NCBI GenBank assembly: GCA_032251515.1
Contig: JAVVDU010000005.1
Span: forward strand, 16,396-80,395
From: Gemmatimonadota bacterium
GTDB lineage: Bacteria > Gemmatimonadota > Gemmatimonadetes > Palauibacterales > Palauibacteraceae
DNA: 64,000 nucleotides
Reading direction: 5' to 3'
This document shows positions 9,544 through 19,505 of this stretch, one piece after another. Position 1 is the stretch's first letter. Every line of letters starts with the position of its first letter. The position numbers and the translations under genes are program-made. The notes under the pieces are model-generated. The model was given only the letters and a program-made list of their open reading frames with translations, was not told where the DNA came from and ran no database searches.

Positions 9544-10246
9544 GCGACAGGAGCTCGGCGGGAGACGAGAGGATCCGGTCGGGGCCCTCGGGCTCCAGCA
9601 CATCGCGGCCGTTCGGTCCCCAGGTCACGGCGACGGTCCGGACGCCGGCCGCCCGGCCCGCGCGCATGTCGTGCACGCTGTCCCCCACGTACACGGCCCG
9701 GCCGGGCTCGGTCTCCCCGGCCCGGGCCAGCGCCGCGAGCACCGGCTCCGGTTCGGGCTTGAACCGCGTCACATCGTCGGCGGTCACGACGGCGGCGAAC
9801 CACTCCTCCGGGATCCCGCAGACACTCAGGCCCATGCGGGTGGCCGGCGCGCGCTTGCTCGTGGCGATGGCCAGCCGGCGGCCCGCCGACCGGAGACCGG
9901 CGAGGGCCTCCCGGATGCCGGGGAACGGGCGCACGAAGCGGTCGTGCGCGGCCAGGTTGTGCTCCGTGTAGGTCCGCACCATGGCCTCCGACTCCGCGTC
10001 GGAGCGGGCGAACTCCCGCATCGCGAGGGCGAGCGGGCGGCCGATCGTGCGGCGCCACAGCTCGTCGGGCGGCGCCTCGCCGCGGTGGGTGCGCAGGGCG
10101 TGCCGATACGAGGCGAGGATCAGCGCCTCGCTGTCGATGAGCGTCCCGTCGAGGTCGAACACGACGGTCCGGAGGCCGCCGTCCGAGTTCGACTCCGGCG
10201 CGGTCTCCGGCGCCGACCTCGGCGCGGCGTCGGGCCCGGCGGTCAC
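9536..10246 (-). CDS. HAD-family hydrolase (phosphoglycolate phosphatase-like)
   Basis: HAD motif I (VVFDLDGTLIDS) is followed by motif II (IATSK) and motif IV (VGDSVHDMRAG). The GTG start was chosen because it overlaps the pfk stop (GTGA at 10243-10246). The 3' end overlaps the lon stop by 8 bp in convergent orientation. Confidence 0.75.
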   Translation of the reverse strand: MTAGPDAAPRSAPETAPESNSDGGLRTVVFDLDGTLIDSEALILASYRHALRTHRGEAPPDELWRRTIGRPLALAMREFARSDAESEAMVRTYTEHNLAAHDRFVRPFPGIREALAGLRSAGRRLAIATSKRAPATRMGLSVCGIPEEWFAAVVTADDVTRFKPEPEPVLAALARAGETEPGRAVYVGDSVHDMRAGRAAGVRTVAVTWGPNGRDVLEPEGPDRILSSPAELLSLS

Positions 10247-11526
10247 CCGGCGCGCCCGGGGCCGGTCAGGGCCTCCTCGAACCGGGCCCGGAAGGCTTCC
10301 GGGTCCATGCCCGCCGCCTCGGCGATCGTGGCGCGCATCACCGGGTCGTCGAGATCCCGCCGCTCCAGACGGATCATGTACTGCCTCGCCACCCGGAAGT
10401 GCTCCGAGTCCACGTCCACGAGGCGCACGCGCGTGCGCCCCGTCTCCGGGTCGCGGAACTCCTCGAACGGCCGCACGCTCAGGTGCCCGGCGCGGGTGAG
10501 CGTGACCATCCCGCCCAGGTGCAGGGGCTCGCTCACCGTGTCGGCGAGCAGGAAGCGGGCCGCCCCGAAGCCCAGCGTCCGCACGTAGTCGACGTCGAAC
10601 GGGATGGGCGGTGCGCAGCGCAGCTCGTATCCCACGCGCAGGTCGGTGATCGTCGCCTTCTCCCCTCGCTCGCGGAACCGACGCTGGACTTCGCGCTTGA
10701 GGATCGTCTCGATGGGGATCTCGGCGAGCCGCAGGTGTCCGTACTGGTCGTACTCGACCTCCACGCCGGGCAGCTTGGCGAGTTCGTCCGGGTCCATCCG
10801 CTCGCCGAGCCCCTCGGCGAGCACCGCGAGCCCGTCCCTCCGTCCCAGGGCCCGGCGCTTCAGGATCGCACCCTCGAGAATCGTGCAGACCTGGCCCACC
10901 GTGATCGTGCCCGGGGGGAACTCCTCCGGGATCACCGTCAGGGTCGCCCCGGCCGCCTTGCCGATGCCGAGCGCGAGGTGCCCCGCCTTGCGCCCCATGA
11001 CCGTCACGAAGAACCACCGGTTCGTCGTCCGCGAATCCTCCATCAGGTTCTGGGCGATCTCGGCCCCCAGGTCTCGCGCGGTCTCGTACCCGAACGTCGG
11101 CATGTCGCCGGGAAGCGGCAGATCGTTGTCGATCGTCTTGGGGACGTGCGCCACGCGCAGCGCTCCCCCGGCGGCGGCCGCCACCTCGCGCGCCCCGAAG
11201 GCCGTGTCATCCCCGCCGATCGTGACCAGCCGGTCGATGCCGAGGTCCTGGAGCGCCATGACCGTGCGGTGAAGCGCCTCGGGCGACCTGGTCGGGTTCG
11301 CCCGCGAGGTCCGCAGGATCGACCCTCCCGTCGCGTGGATGCGCGACACGTCGGCCACCGTCAGCGGTTGTACGACGTCGGTGCGCCCGGCCATCAGGTG
11401 CTCGAAGCCGTCGAATATCCCGATCACCTCACGCCCGTCATCGATCATCCGCAGGGCGGCCGAGCTGATCGCGCCGTTGATGCCGGGAGCCGGTCCGCCC
11501 CCGACGAGAATCCCGATTCTGGACAA
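10243..11526 (-). CDS. pfkA: 6-phosphofructokinase (long PfkA-type, possibly PPi-dependent)
   Basis: The N-terminus GILVGGGPAPGINGAIS, the TIGGDDT and MGRKAGHLAL motifs, and the protein length (427 aa) fit the long PFK clade. ATP versus PPi specificity cannot be told from sequence by eye. Confidence 0.88.
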   Translation of the reverse strand: MSRIGILVGGGPAPGINGAISSAALRMIDDGREVIGIFDGFEHLMAGRTDVVQPLTVADVSRIHATGGSILRTSRANPTRSPEALHRTVMALQDLGIDRLVTIGGDDTAFGAREVAAAAGGALRVAHVPKTIDNDLPLPGDMPTFGYETARDLGAEIAQNLMEDSRTTNRWFFVTVMGRKAGHLALGIGKAAGATLTVIPEEFPPGTITVGQVCTILEGAILKRRALGRRDGLAVLAEGLGERMDPDELAKLPGVEVEYDQYGHLRLAEIPIETILKREVQRRFRERGEKATITDLRVGYELRCAPPIPFDVDYVRTLGFGAARFLLADTVSEPLHLGGMVTLTRAGHLSVRPFEEFRDPETGRTRVRLVDVDSEHFRVARQYMIRLERRDLDDPVMRATIAEAAGMDPEAFRARFEEALTGPGRAG

Positions 11527-11822
11527 GTGTACTTCCCCCGTTCGCGTGGTTCGCAGGTGCCGGTCTCCAACCTCCCGGCGGGGGCCGGGGCCGTCAAGCG
11601 GCCGCCGGCATCCGGCAGGAGAACGCGGCAGTCTGCACGGAGTTCCGCCGCCGCGGCCGGCCCGGATGCCCCGGCATCATCATAACCATCTGCTGACAAA
11701 GGACATGGCTCGACCCACAGTGGGGGCACATCCCTTGCGGTCCGATGAACGGATTCACGACCGATCCCGCGGGCGAACGCGGACGGTCGCGAAAGCTCGA
11801 AGCTTTTCGACTGGGGGAGAAG

Positions 11823-12914
11823 ATGCGGTACGCAACGTTCGGTCGTCCTCTGCTGGCGGCCCTTCTCACGTTCGGACTGGGCGCCTGCAGTGACGACGAC
11901 GCCACGGGTCCTTCGACGCCGTTCGACCCGGATGCCGCGGCGCAGGCCGCGGTCGAGCTGGAAGATCGCCTGGATTCCGACAGCGACGTGATGCGGTCGC
12001 TCTCGCTCGTCGCGCCCGCACTCGAGGCGGAGGGCGGAGCGGTCCTGCGGGTCCTGCCCGGGGACGTCCAGCGGCCCGTCAGCTCGTTCTCGGCACAGCT
12101 CCTGATGGACCCGGCCCTCTCGATGTCGGCCTCGATGGAGCCGGTGTTTCCCAGCAACTTCCTCGGAAAGACGTTCGAGTGGGACGACACCCTCGGACGC
12201 TACGCGATGACGGACCGGGCCGGAGCGCCGGCCACGGGCGTGCGGTTCATTCTGTACTCTGTGGACCCGTTCACCGGCCAGCCGGTCCTGCCGCTCTCCG
12301 AGATCGGCTCTCTGGACCTGACCGACGAGAGCGATGCGTCGCAGACTCGCCTGCGGCTGCGGGCCGAGACGGGAGGCGTGGCGCGCCTGGACTACTTCGT
12401 GAGTCTCAGCTTCGCCGTCTTCGAGTCGTCCATCGAGGTGACGGCGACCGGGGCCGGCTTCATCTCCGACGGGACGCAGCGGCTGGACTTCGACCTCGCG
12501 CAGGACGTCGCGGTGAGCGACCAGGCCGTCTCCATCGACCTGCTCTACGACCTCGAGATGGCGGACCAGGACGTGCGGGTCGTCCTCGACGTGACGAGCG
12601 AGGCCAGCCTCGCCGACCCCGAGGCGGGATCGTTCGACCTCACCATGACCCTGACCGACGGCGGAAACGTCACGGTCGTCTCCGGCGCGCTCGACGCGGC
12701 GGAGAACCTCACCGGCACGATCGTGCACAACGGCCAGACGGTCGCCCTGATCGGCGGCACGGCTGACGCGCCGACGTTCACGGACGGGGCGGGCGAGCCG
12801 CTCACGTCCACCGAGGTCGCGGCGCTGGACGATCTGCTGGACGCGATCGACGACCTGTTCGACTTCGGCGAGGCGATCTTCGAGCCGTTCGGGGCGGACC
12901 CGGACAGCATCTGA
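11823..12914 (+). CDS. hypothetical lipoprotein
   Basis: The frame 11745.. was trimmed to MRYATFGRPLLAALLTFGLGACSDDD (lipobox). An SD-like gggggag lies 4-10 nt upstream of the ATG at 11823. The sequence is Asp/Thr-rich with no known motif. Confidence 0.55.
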   Translation: MRYATFGRPLLAALLTFGLGACSDDDATGPSTPFDPDAAAQAAVELEDRLDSDSDVMRSLSLVAPALEAEGGAVLRVLPGDVQRPVSSFSAQLLMDPALSMSASMEPVFPSNFLGKTFEWDDTLGRYAMTDRAGAPATGVRFILYSVDPFTGQPVLPLSEIGSLDLTDESDASQTRLRLRAETGGVARLDYFVSLSFAVFESSIEVTATGAGFISDGTQRLDFDLAQDVAVSDQAVSIDLLYDLEMADQDVRVVLDVTSEASLADPEAGSFDLTMTLTDGGNVTVVSGALDAAENLTGTIVHNGQTVALIGGTADAPTFTDGAGEPLTSTEVAALDDLLDAIDDLFDFGEAIFEPFGADPDSI

Positions 12915-13019
12915 CCGGCGGGCCCGCCCGGCCGGACCGACCTCCGGCCGGGCGGGACGCACGACGAAGCGCCGCATCGCCGCGCGGGCCCTCTCGGGGG
13001 GTCCGCGCGGCGACCGCTA

Positions 13020-13550
13020 TCACGCCCCTCTCTGCAGCTTCGCGAGCTTCGGCGCGATGACCACGGCACAGTAAGGCGCGGTCGGATTCCGCCGGTAGAA
13101 CCCGCGGTGTTCCTCCTCGGCCGGCCAGAACTCGTCGAGCCGGCGCACCTCGGTGACGATCGGGCCGGGGAACGCTCCGTCCGCCTCCAGGGCGGCGATC
13201 ACTTCGCGGGCCGTGCGCTCCTGCTCCTCGTCGTGGGCCAGGACGATCGACCGGTACTGCGATCCGACATCCGCGCCCTGGCGGTCCCGCGTCGTGGGAT
13301 CGTGCGTGGCGAAGAAGATCTCGAGCAGGCGGCGGAAAGCGACGCGTCCCGGATCGAACCGGACCTGCACGACCTCTGCGTGCCCGGTGCCGCCGCCGCA
13401 CACCTGCCGGTAGGACGGGTCCGGCTCGTGGCCCCCCGCGTAGCCCGGGATGACCTCCTCGACGCCGGGGACCCGCTCGAACACCGCCTCCGTGCACCAG
13501 AAGCAGCCGCCGCCAAAGGTGGCCGTCGCGATCGCCGTTCCGCCGGTCAT
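13020..13550 (-). CDS. msrA: peptide-methionine (S)-S-oxide reductase
   Basis: The MsrA active-site motif GGGCFWC and the overall fold signature are present. The frame was trimmed to the second Met (MTGGTAIATATFGGGCFWC), with CAT verified at 13548-13550. Confidence 0.9.
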   Translation of the reverse strand: MTGGTAIATATFGGGCFWCTEAVFERVPGVEEVIPGYAGGHEPDPSYRQVCGGGTGHAEVVQVRFDPGRVAFRRLLEIFFATHDPTTRDRQGADVGSQYRSIVLAHDEEQERTAREVIAALEADGAFPGPIVTEVRRLDEFWPAEEEHRGFYRRNPTAPYCAVVIAPKLAKLQRGA

Positions 13551-13587
13551 CTCACGCCTCCCCGCGTTGTCCGCCGCGCGGGGCCGC

Positions 13588-14409
13588 TCAGCCGAGCGCG
13601 ACATCCAGGACCATCATCACCGTGAATCCCGCGACGGTCGCGGCGGTGGCGAGATCCGTCCTGCCGCCCTGCTGCGACTCCGGAATCAGCTCTTCCACCA
13701 CCACGTACACCATGGCGCCCGCCGCGAAGGCCAGGGCGTAGGGCAGGATCGCCTGCATCTGGAGCACCGCGGCGGCCCCGGCCACGGCGGCCACCGGCTC
13801 CACGGCGGCCGAGAACGTGCCGGCCCAGAAGCTGCGCCCGCGAGTGGCGCCCGCCGCGCGCAGGGGCATCGCGACGGCTACCCCCTCCGGGAAGTTCTGC
13901 AGTCCGATACCGATCGCCAGGGCCAGCGCCGCCTCGAAGCTCGCGCCGGCCGCGCTTCCCATCCCGAGCGCCGCCGCCCCGAACGCGACCCCCACGGCGA
14001 GTCCCTCGGGCACGTTGTGCATCGTGATCGCGGTCACGAGGAGCGTGGACCGCTTCCACGGTGCCGGCGGCCCCTCCGCGGCGCTGATCGGCTGCAGCGG
14101 GTGAAGGTGCGGGAGGAGCCGGTCGGCGATGCCGAGCACGAGCGCACCGGCCACGAAGCCCGTGGAGGCCGGCAGCCAGTCGGGAACGCCGAGACCCGCG
14201 GACATGACGATGGCAGGCGCGAGGAGCGACCAGAACGAGGCGGCCAGCATCACGCCACTGGCGAATCCGAGCATGCCGTCGACGAGCCACTCGCGGATGC
14301 CGCGCGTGAACACGACGACGGCCGCCCCGGCCGCCGTGACGGCCCAGGTGAACCCGCCGGCCGCGAGCGCCTGCAGTACCGGGTCCAGCCCTCTCAACGC
14401 GTCGAGCAT
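13588..14409 (-). CDS. zupT: ZIP-family divalent metal transporter (ZupT-like)
   Basis: Multiple transmembrane segments with His-containing metal-binding motifs are present ([23 protein letters not shown]). The frame was trimmed to [15 protein letters not shown]. The product is about 273 aa. Confidence 0.8.
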   Translation of the reverse strand: MLDALRGLDPVLQALAAGGFTWAVTAAGAAVVVFTRGIREWLVDGMLGFASGVMLAASFWSLLAPAIVMSAGLGVPDWLPASTGFVAGALVLGIADRLLPHLHPLQPISAAEGPPAPWKRSTLLVTAITMHNVPEGLAVGVAFGAAALGMGSAAGASFEAALALAIGIGLQNFPEGVAVAMPLRAAGATRGRSFWAGTFSAAVEPVAAVAGAAAVLQMQAILPYALAFAAGAMVYVVVEELIPESQQGGRTDLATAATVAGFTVMMVLDVALG

Positions 14410-14516
14410 GTCCCGCCTTTCCGGCTCCGGCGCTCGCGGCGCGGCGTCGGAGTCCGCAGTTTCGACCGGGCCGGGGCGCGTGTTCCCCGACCGGACCATC
14501 TCTTTCGAGGAGGAAC

Positions 14517-15233
14517 ATGTCACATCGCCGGCACGACGGTCGAGACCCCGCCGACCTCCGCCCCGTGGCGTTCGAGCTCGGCGCCGCCCCGCAGGCCGAG
14601 GGCTCCTGCCTCGTGTCGTTCGGGCGGACCCGCGTGCTCTGCGCCGCCTCGGTGCTGGAGGGCGTCCCCGCGCACCGGGAGGGAAAGGGGGGCTGGATCA
14701 CCGCGGAGTACGCGATGCTGCCGCGCTCCACGCACACCCGCACGGACCGCGAGCGGAGCGGACCGCGCGGCCGCACGCAGGAGATCCAGCGTCTCATAGG
14801 CCGCTCCCTGAGGGCCGCGGCGGACCTTTCCGCGCTCGGCCCGCACACCGTCGTGCTGGACTGCGACGTCCTGTCGGCCGACGGCGGCACGCGCACGGCC
14901 TCCATCACCGGGGCGTGGATCGCCCTGCACGAGGCAGAGCGGCGACTGCGCGAGGCCGGGCGGATCGAGCGGCCGGCCCTCCCGCACCGGGTCGCCGCGG
15001 TAAGCGTGGGCCTGGTGGACGGACGGGCCTGTCTGGACCTCGACTACCGGGAGGACTCGCGGGCCGGCGTGGACCTCAACGTAGTCGCCCTGGACGACGG
15101 CCGGTTCGTGGAGGTCCAGGGCACGGCCGAGGGGAGCCCGTTCGGGCGGGACGAGCTCGCGGCCCTGCTCGACCTGGCGGAGAGCGGGATCCGGCGGCTG
15201 ATCGCCGCGCAGGACGCAGCGGTCGACACGTGA
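14517..15233 (+). CDS. rph: ribonuclease PH
   Basis: The sequence is collinear with RNase PH throughout ([13 protein letters not shown]..., [39 protein letters not shown]). The length is 238 aa. Confidence 0.93.
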   Translation: MSHRRHDGRDPADLRPVAFELGAAPQAEGSCLVSFGRTRVLCAASVLEGVPAHREGKGGWITAEYAMLPRSTHTRTDRERSGPRGRTQEIQRLIGRSLRAAADLSALGPHTVVLDCDVLSADGGTRTASITGAWIALHEAERRLREAGRIERPALPHRVAAVSVGLVDGRACLDLDYREDSRAGVDLNVVALDDGRFVEVQGTAEGSPFGRDELAALLDLAESGIRRLIAAQDAAVDT

Positions 15234-15318
15234 GCGCCGGTGGGAGCCGGGGGGCGCGCGGGCGCTTCGGCGCGCCGTGCCGTGCCCGGAAGGAAATTCT
15301 GTGACCAGGAAGGTTGCG

Positions 15319-15666
15319 ATGATGACGACCGACGATCGGGACACGGTCCTGGCGACGCCCGAGGAGCTGGCCGGGCTGGTCGCCGTGCAGGCCGGCGCCG
15401 TGGTGAGCCGCACGATCCTCAAGGGGCGCGGCGGCACGGTCACCCTGTTCGCGTTCGGCGCGGGAGAGGGACTCTCCGAGCACACGACGCCGCACGAGGC
15501 CCTGGTCGTGTGTCTCGACGGCGAGGCCGACATCACGGTGGGCGGAGAGACTCACCGCCTGGAGACGGGCCGGGCATTGCGCCTGCCGGCGGGCGTCCCC
15601 CACGCCGTGGCGGCGGTGGCGCCGTTCCGGATGATGCTCGTGATGCTGCGCGATCCCGCGGGCTGA
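15319..15666 (+). CDS. cupin-domain protein
   Basis: A conserved cupin barrel is present (GEGLSEHTTPHEALVVCLDGEADITVGGE...LPAGVPHAV). The frame was trimmed to MMTTDD, with an SD aggaagg 6 nt upstream of the ATG at 15319. Confidence 0.6.
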   Translation: MMTTDDRDTVLATPEELAGLVAVQAGAVVSRTILKGRGGTVTLFAFGAGEGLSEHTTPHEALVVCLDGEADITVGGETHRLETGRALRLPAGVPHAVAAVAPFRMMLVMLRDPAG

Positions 15667-15675
15667 GGCCGCCCC

Positions 15676-16131
15676 GTGCACGCGCTGGCCCGCCGCTACA
15701 TTCGCACGGCGATCGGCTTCCTGTTCCTCGGGCTGGCCTACGGGGGCTGGCTGCTGGCCCGGCGGGAGCTCTCCGGCATCTGGCCGTCGCCCTACCAGGT
15801 CTCGGCGCACGCGCACGCCGTCGGCATCGGCTTCGTGATGTTCCTCATCCTGGGCGTCGCGCTGTGGCTGTTTCCACGGCCCGCGCGGGGGGACACGCGC
15901 TACCGGCCGCGCCGCGCGGCGGCAGCGTGGTGGCTCCTGGCGCCCGCCACCCTCGTGCGATTCGCGGGCGAGGCCACCCGGCCTTCGCTGCCGGCCGGGT
16001 GGCTCGGCTGGGTGATCCTGGCGGCCGGCCTGGCCCAGATCCTCGGATTCGCTCTCTACTTCCACACGATGTGGACCCGGATCCGCCCGGTGGGGAGCCA
16101 CCTGCGGGAGAAGAAGGGCGAGCGGTTCTGA
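15676..16131 (+). CDS. small integral membrane protein (hypothetical)
   Basis: Four predicted hydrophobic helices are present. The gene lies immediately downstream of the cupin gene (10 bp gap). No motif was recognised. Confidence 0.45.
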   Translation: MHALARRYIRTAIGFLFLGLAYGGWLLARRELSGIWPSPYQVSAHAHAVGIGFVMFLILGVALWLFPRPARGDTRYRPRRAAAAWWLLAPATLVRFAGEATRPSLPAGWLGWVILAAGLAQILGFALYFHTMWTRIRPVGSHLREKKGERF

Positions 16132-16156
16132 CCCGCCGTCGGAGTGCCGGTCCCGC

Positions 16157-16828
16157 TCAGGGCGGCACGTCCCCCGCGGCGGCGGGGCCGGCGCCCGCCG
16201 CCAGAGCGGCATCCCGCACGGAGGAGAGCTCCGCGGCCGAGGTCACGGTCATCCCGAGGTCCCGCAGGAGGCCGTCCGACAGGCCGTAGACCCAGGCGTG
16301 CACGGAGAGCCGCTGGCCCCTCTCCCACGCGTCCCGCACGACCTGCGTGCGGCACACCCGGGCCGCCTGCTCGATCGCGTTCAGTTCGCACAAGCGGTCC
16401 AGGCGTTCCGCCTCGGCGAGGGATGCGAGGCGGTGGGCGTGCTCGTCGCGCACCTCCCGCACGTGCGCCAGCCACAGGTCCACCACCCCGTGACGTTCCT
16501 CCTCGAGGGCCGCCTTGACCCCGCCGCACCCGTAGTGCCCGCACACGATCACGTCCTCCACCCGCAGCACGTCGACCGCGAACTGGAGCACTGACAGCGC
16601 GTTGAGGTCGGTGGGGACCACCACGTTGGCCACGTTGCGATGGACGAACAGCTCGCCCGGGTCCAGCCCGACGATCTCGTTGGCGGGGACGCGGCTGTCG
16701 GCGCAGCCGATCCACAGGAAGGGCGGGGCCTGCTGGCGGGCGAGGCGCGCGAAGAACCCGGGATCCGCCTCGGCGCGCGAGGCCGCCCAGGCGCGATTGT
16801 TCTCGAACAGGCGGGCCAGCGTCCGCAT
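16157..16828 (-). CDS. can: beta-class carbonic anhydrase
   Basis: The Zn ligands and motifs of beta-carbonic anhydrase are present (CADSRVPANEI, HYGCGGV). Confidence 0.88.
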   Translation of the reverse strand: MRTLARLFENNRAWAASRAEADPGFFARLARQQAPPFLWIGCADSRVPANEIVGLDPGELFVHRNVANVVVPTDLNALSVLQFAVDVLRVEDVIVCGHYGCGGVKAALEEERHGVVDLWLAHVREVRDEHAHRLASLAEAERLDRLCELNAIEQAARVCRTQVVRDAWERGQRLSVHAWVYGLSDGLLRDLGMTVTSAAELSSVRDAALAAGAGPAAAGDVPP

Positions 16829-16962
16829 GACGGGTCTCCTCCCTGGTGCGCGCGGAGTGCCTGTCCGGGCCGCGGAGCCGTGGACCGGGTACAGGACGGT
16901 GGCGTAGGTTGCGCCGGAGGTTAGACTGGTCCTGTCTGCCCGGTCAAGAAACCCGGAGTCTC

Positions 16963-18453
16963 ATGTCCCGTAGCCCCGACAATCCGCATTCGTCGCACCT
17001 GCCCGGCCGGCGGAGCGCCGCGGCACGTCCTCCGCGGCGCCGCCCGGTCCGCCGGGCCCTGTGCCTCGTCACCGCGGCGACGCTGGCGGCCGGGCCGCGC
17101 CCCGGAGTCGCGCAACAGGTAGCCCCCGAGGCCGCGGACGAGCTGCCGCTCCGGCGCTGGCTCGTGTCCGACGTCCTCTCCATCCCGGCGGACGGCGGGG
17201 GGGACCCACTGACCGGCCCCGGCGCCACGGTCGTACTGCCCGATCGCGGCGTGGTGCGCGGCGGCACCGCGTGGCGGCTCCTGCGCCTCGAGCCCGGCGC
17301 GGCGGTGGAGCTCGACGCTCCTTCGCCGGTCGATTCCGCGGATTTGGCCGATTCCGCCGATTCCGCGGATTTGGCCGATTCCGCGCAGGCGCTCGCCTTC
17401 GCGCACGCCTACGCGCGCAGTCCCGAGGACCGGGTGGTGCGCCTCGCGTGGAGCGGCGGCGGCGAAACACGCGTGCGGGCGTGGCTGAACGGCCGTCCGC
17501 TGCTCGCGGCGGACGGCGAGCCGCTCGTGGCGGAGGGAGGCGCCGAGACCACGGCCCGCGTCGTGCTCGGCACGGGCTGGAACACGCTGCTGCTGCGGGC
17601 GGAAGCCGGGCCCCCCGGGCCGTTCGAGCTGGCGGCCACGCTCTACCCCGGCAGCGGCGGCGCACGGGCGGAGGAAGGAGGGCTCCCGTCGCGGCTCGAT
17701 GGCATCCGCGTGCAGGCCTCCCGCCCGCCGGGCGACGTGCGCACGGGCCCCGCCGAGCCGCGGGTCCTCGTCGCGGCGGCGGTCCGGACGCTCGACTCCC
17801 TGGCCTGGCGGGAGGACCGGCTCGTGGGCTACGTCGGCGTCGATCTCACGGGCTGGAGCCGCACTCCGATCGACCGGGTGCGGCTGAAGGCGAAGGTCGA
17901 AGGCGCGGACGCCGAGACGGTGGTCCCGTGGCTCACGCCCGGACGCACCGTGACCGCGGCCCTGCCCGTGCCCGTGGACCGCATCGCGCGCGCGGCGGCG
18001 GAGCGCCGGGGCGTGGAGGCGGAGCTGCGCTGGAACCGCCGGGACGAGAAGCGGTTGCTCGCGGCGCCCGCCACCTCTCCTCCGGGCCCGACGCCCGGCC
18101 GCGCCCTGGCCCTGCTCGGGTGGAAGGTGCGGGCCGCGGCGGAGGGAACGGACATCGAGGAACTGCAGGCGCCGGACCGCCTGCCCCGCGCGGCGGGGTG
18201 GGTGGCGGAAGGCGAGTGGCGCGTGCCCGAGACGCTGGCGGGCCGGCGGCTGACGCTCGACGCCGCCGCCGCGCCGGGGGAGTACCAGCTGGATGGCCGT
18301 CCGCTCCCGGCCGGGCAGGGCCCGCCGGTTCTGTGCGACCCTTGCAGGGAGGGGGACAAGTGGAAGCTCGCCGTCCGGACGACGGACCGCTGGGAGGCGT
18401 TGCCGCACGTGACCGTCGAACCGGCAGGCGGCGCGGAGAGGAACGCCCCGTGA
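16963..18453 (+). CDS. secreted hypothetical protein with (D-S/L-A)6 tripeptide repeat
   Basis: The frame 16846.. was trimmed to MSRSPDNP (ATG at 16963). There is an Arg-rich n-region and a hydrophobic signal (LCLVTAATLAAGPRPGVAQQ). A nine-base periodic repeat lies at 17332-17385. No catalytic motif was found. Confidence 0.5.
   Translation: MSRSPDNPHSSHLPGRRSAAARPPRRRPVRRALCLVTAATLAAGPRPGVAQQVAPEAADELPLRRWLVSDVLSIPADGGGDPLTGPGATVVLPDRGVVRGGTAWRLLRLEPGAAVELDAPSPVDSADLADSADSADLADSAQALAFAHAYARSPEDRVVRLAWSGGGETRVRAWLNGRPLLAADGEPLVAEGGAETTARVVLGTGWNTLLLRAEAGPPGPFELAATLYPGSGGARAEEGGLPSRLDGIRVQASRPPGDVRTGPAEPRVLVAAAVRTLDSLAWREDRLVGYVGVDLTGWSRTPIDRVRLKAKVEGADAETVVPWLTPGRTVTAALPVPVDRIARAAAERRGVEAELRWNRRDEKRLLAAPATSPPGPTPGRALALLGWKVRAAAEGTDIEELQAPDRLPRAAGWVAEGEWRVPETLAGRRLTLDAAAAPGEYQLDGRPLPAGQGPPVLCDPCREGDKWKLAVRTTDRWEALPHVTVEPAGGAERNAP
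17332..17385 (+). repeat. 9-bp periodic tandem repeat x6 (gattccgcg / gatttggcc units) encoding DSA-DLA-DSA-DSA-DLA-DSA
   Basis: Seen directly in the sequence. It is locally AT-richer than the surrounding gene. Confidence 0.85.
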
Positions 18454-19505
18454 GACGCGGCGGCGTCGCCGGGACCGGATCGCGCCGCCGGGCCGTCGGC
18501 GGACCCGTGGCGGCCGTGCTCGCCGCCGTCGCCGCCGTGGCCGGCTGCGCGCGGGGCAACGGGCAGACCGCCGACCAGGTCGTCCCGGGGTCCTGCGGCG
18601 CGGCGCTCCCCGTGGCCTTCCTTCCCCCGGAGCTCGGCGAGGCCTCGGGCATGACGCGCGACCCGCGACGGGACGACCTGTTCTGGATCCACAACGACAG
18701 CGGCAACGAGGCCCTCCTGTTCGGCGTCGATACGACGGGAGCCGTCGTTTCGCGGGTCCGGATCACGGGCGCCTCGGACCGGGACCTCGAGGACGTGGCC
18801 GTCGGCCGGTGCGGCCCGGACTGGTGCCTGTACCTCGGCGACATCGGCGACAACCTGGCGGCGCACCCGAGCATCCGGGTGTACGAGATCCCGCTCCCCG
18901 AGCTTCCGCGCGATGCATCCCAGTCCACCGCCGCGGGAGCGGGCGGACGGCCGGGCCCCTACGACCAGGTCGTGACGCCCCGCGCCGCCTGGGACCTGGT
19001 CTTCCCCGACGGGGCACGGGACGCCGAGGCGCTGCTCGTGGACGACGCGGCCGGCGAGCTCCTGCTCGTCACGAAGGGGCGCGAGGCACGGGTGGAGATG
19101 TACGCGGCCGGCCTGGCGGAGCTGGCGGATGCGGCGGGCGCGACCTTCACGCTGCGTCCCATGGGCGACCTGCGCGTCCCCGCCGGCGAGAACACGGCGC
19201 AGTTCATCACGGCGGGCGACATCTCCCCCGACGGGCGCTTCCTGGCGATCCGGAGCTACATCTCGCTGTACCTGCTCCCCTGGGGCGAGGACTCGGGGCG
19301 GGACCCGTCGGTGGCGCCGGTCGCCGCGTCGCTCATCTCCGCCTTCGAGCCGCAGGGAGAGGCGCTGACCTGGAGCCGGGACGGGACGACGGTGTGGCTG
19401 GCGAGCGAGGGACGCGACGGGCGACCGCCGCAGCTCAGCCGGATCCCCTGTCCCCCTCCCGAGCCGGCGGCGGACCCGGATCCTCCGGCTCGCCGGAATC
19501 CGTAG
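18450..19505 (+). CDS. hypothetical lipoprotein (possible beta-propeller, SdiA-regulated/phytase-like fold)
   Basis: The GTG start overlaps the upstream stop (GTGA at 18450-18453). The signal is VAAVLAAVAAVAGC. Motifs FWIHNDSGN and CLYLGDIGDN are reminiscent of beta-propeller lipoproteins. The fold assignment is from memory and weak. Confidence 0.5.
   Translation: MRRGGVAGTGSRRRAVGGPVAAVLAAVAAVAGCARGNGQTADQVVPGSCGAALPVAFLPPELGEASGMTRDPRRDDLFWIHNDSGNEALLFGVDTTGAVVSRVRITGASDRDLEDVAVGRCGPDWCLYLGDIGDNLAAHPSIRVYEIPLPELPRDASQSTAAGAGGRPGPYDQVVTPRAAWDLVFPDGARDAEALLVDDAAGELLLVTKGREARVEMYAAGLAELADAAGATFTLRPMGDLRVPAGENTAQFITAGDISPDGRFLAIRSYISLYLLPWGEDSGRDPSVAPVAASLISAFEPQGEALTWSRDGTTVWLASEGRDGRPPQLSRIPCPPPEPAADPDPPARRNP

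Noticed and set aside
13547-14908. A 453-aa ORF (13547..14908, -) overlaps the ZIP transporter gene.
   Set aside because: It is in a different frame from the 13588..14409 ZupT-like gene, which has clear TM and metal-binding motifs. The sequence is Arg/Gly-rich with low complexity.
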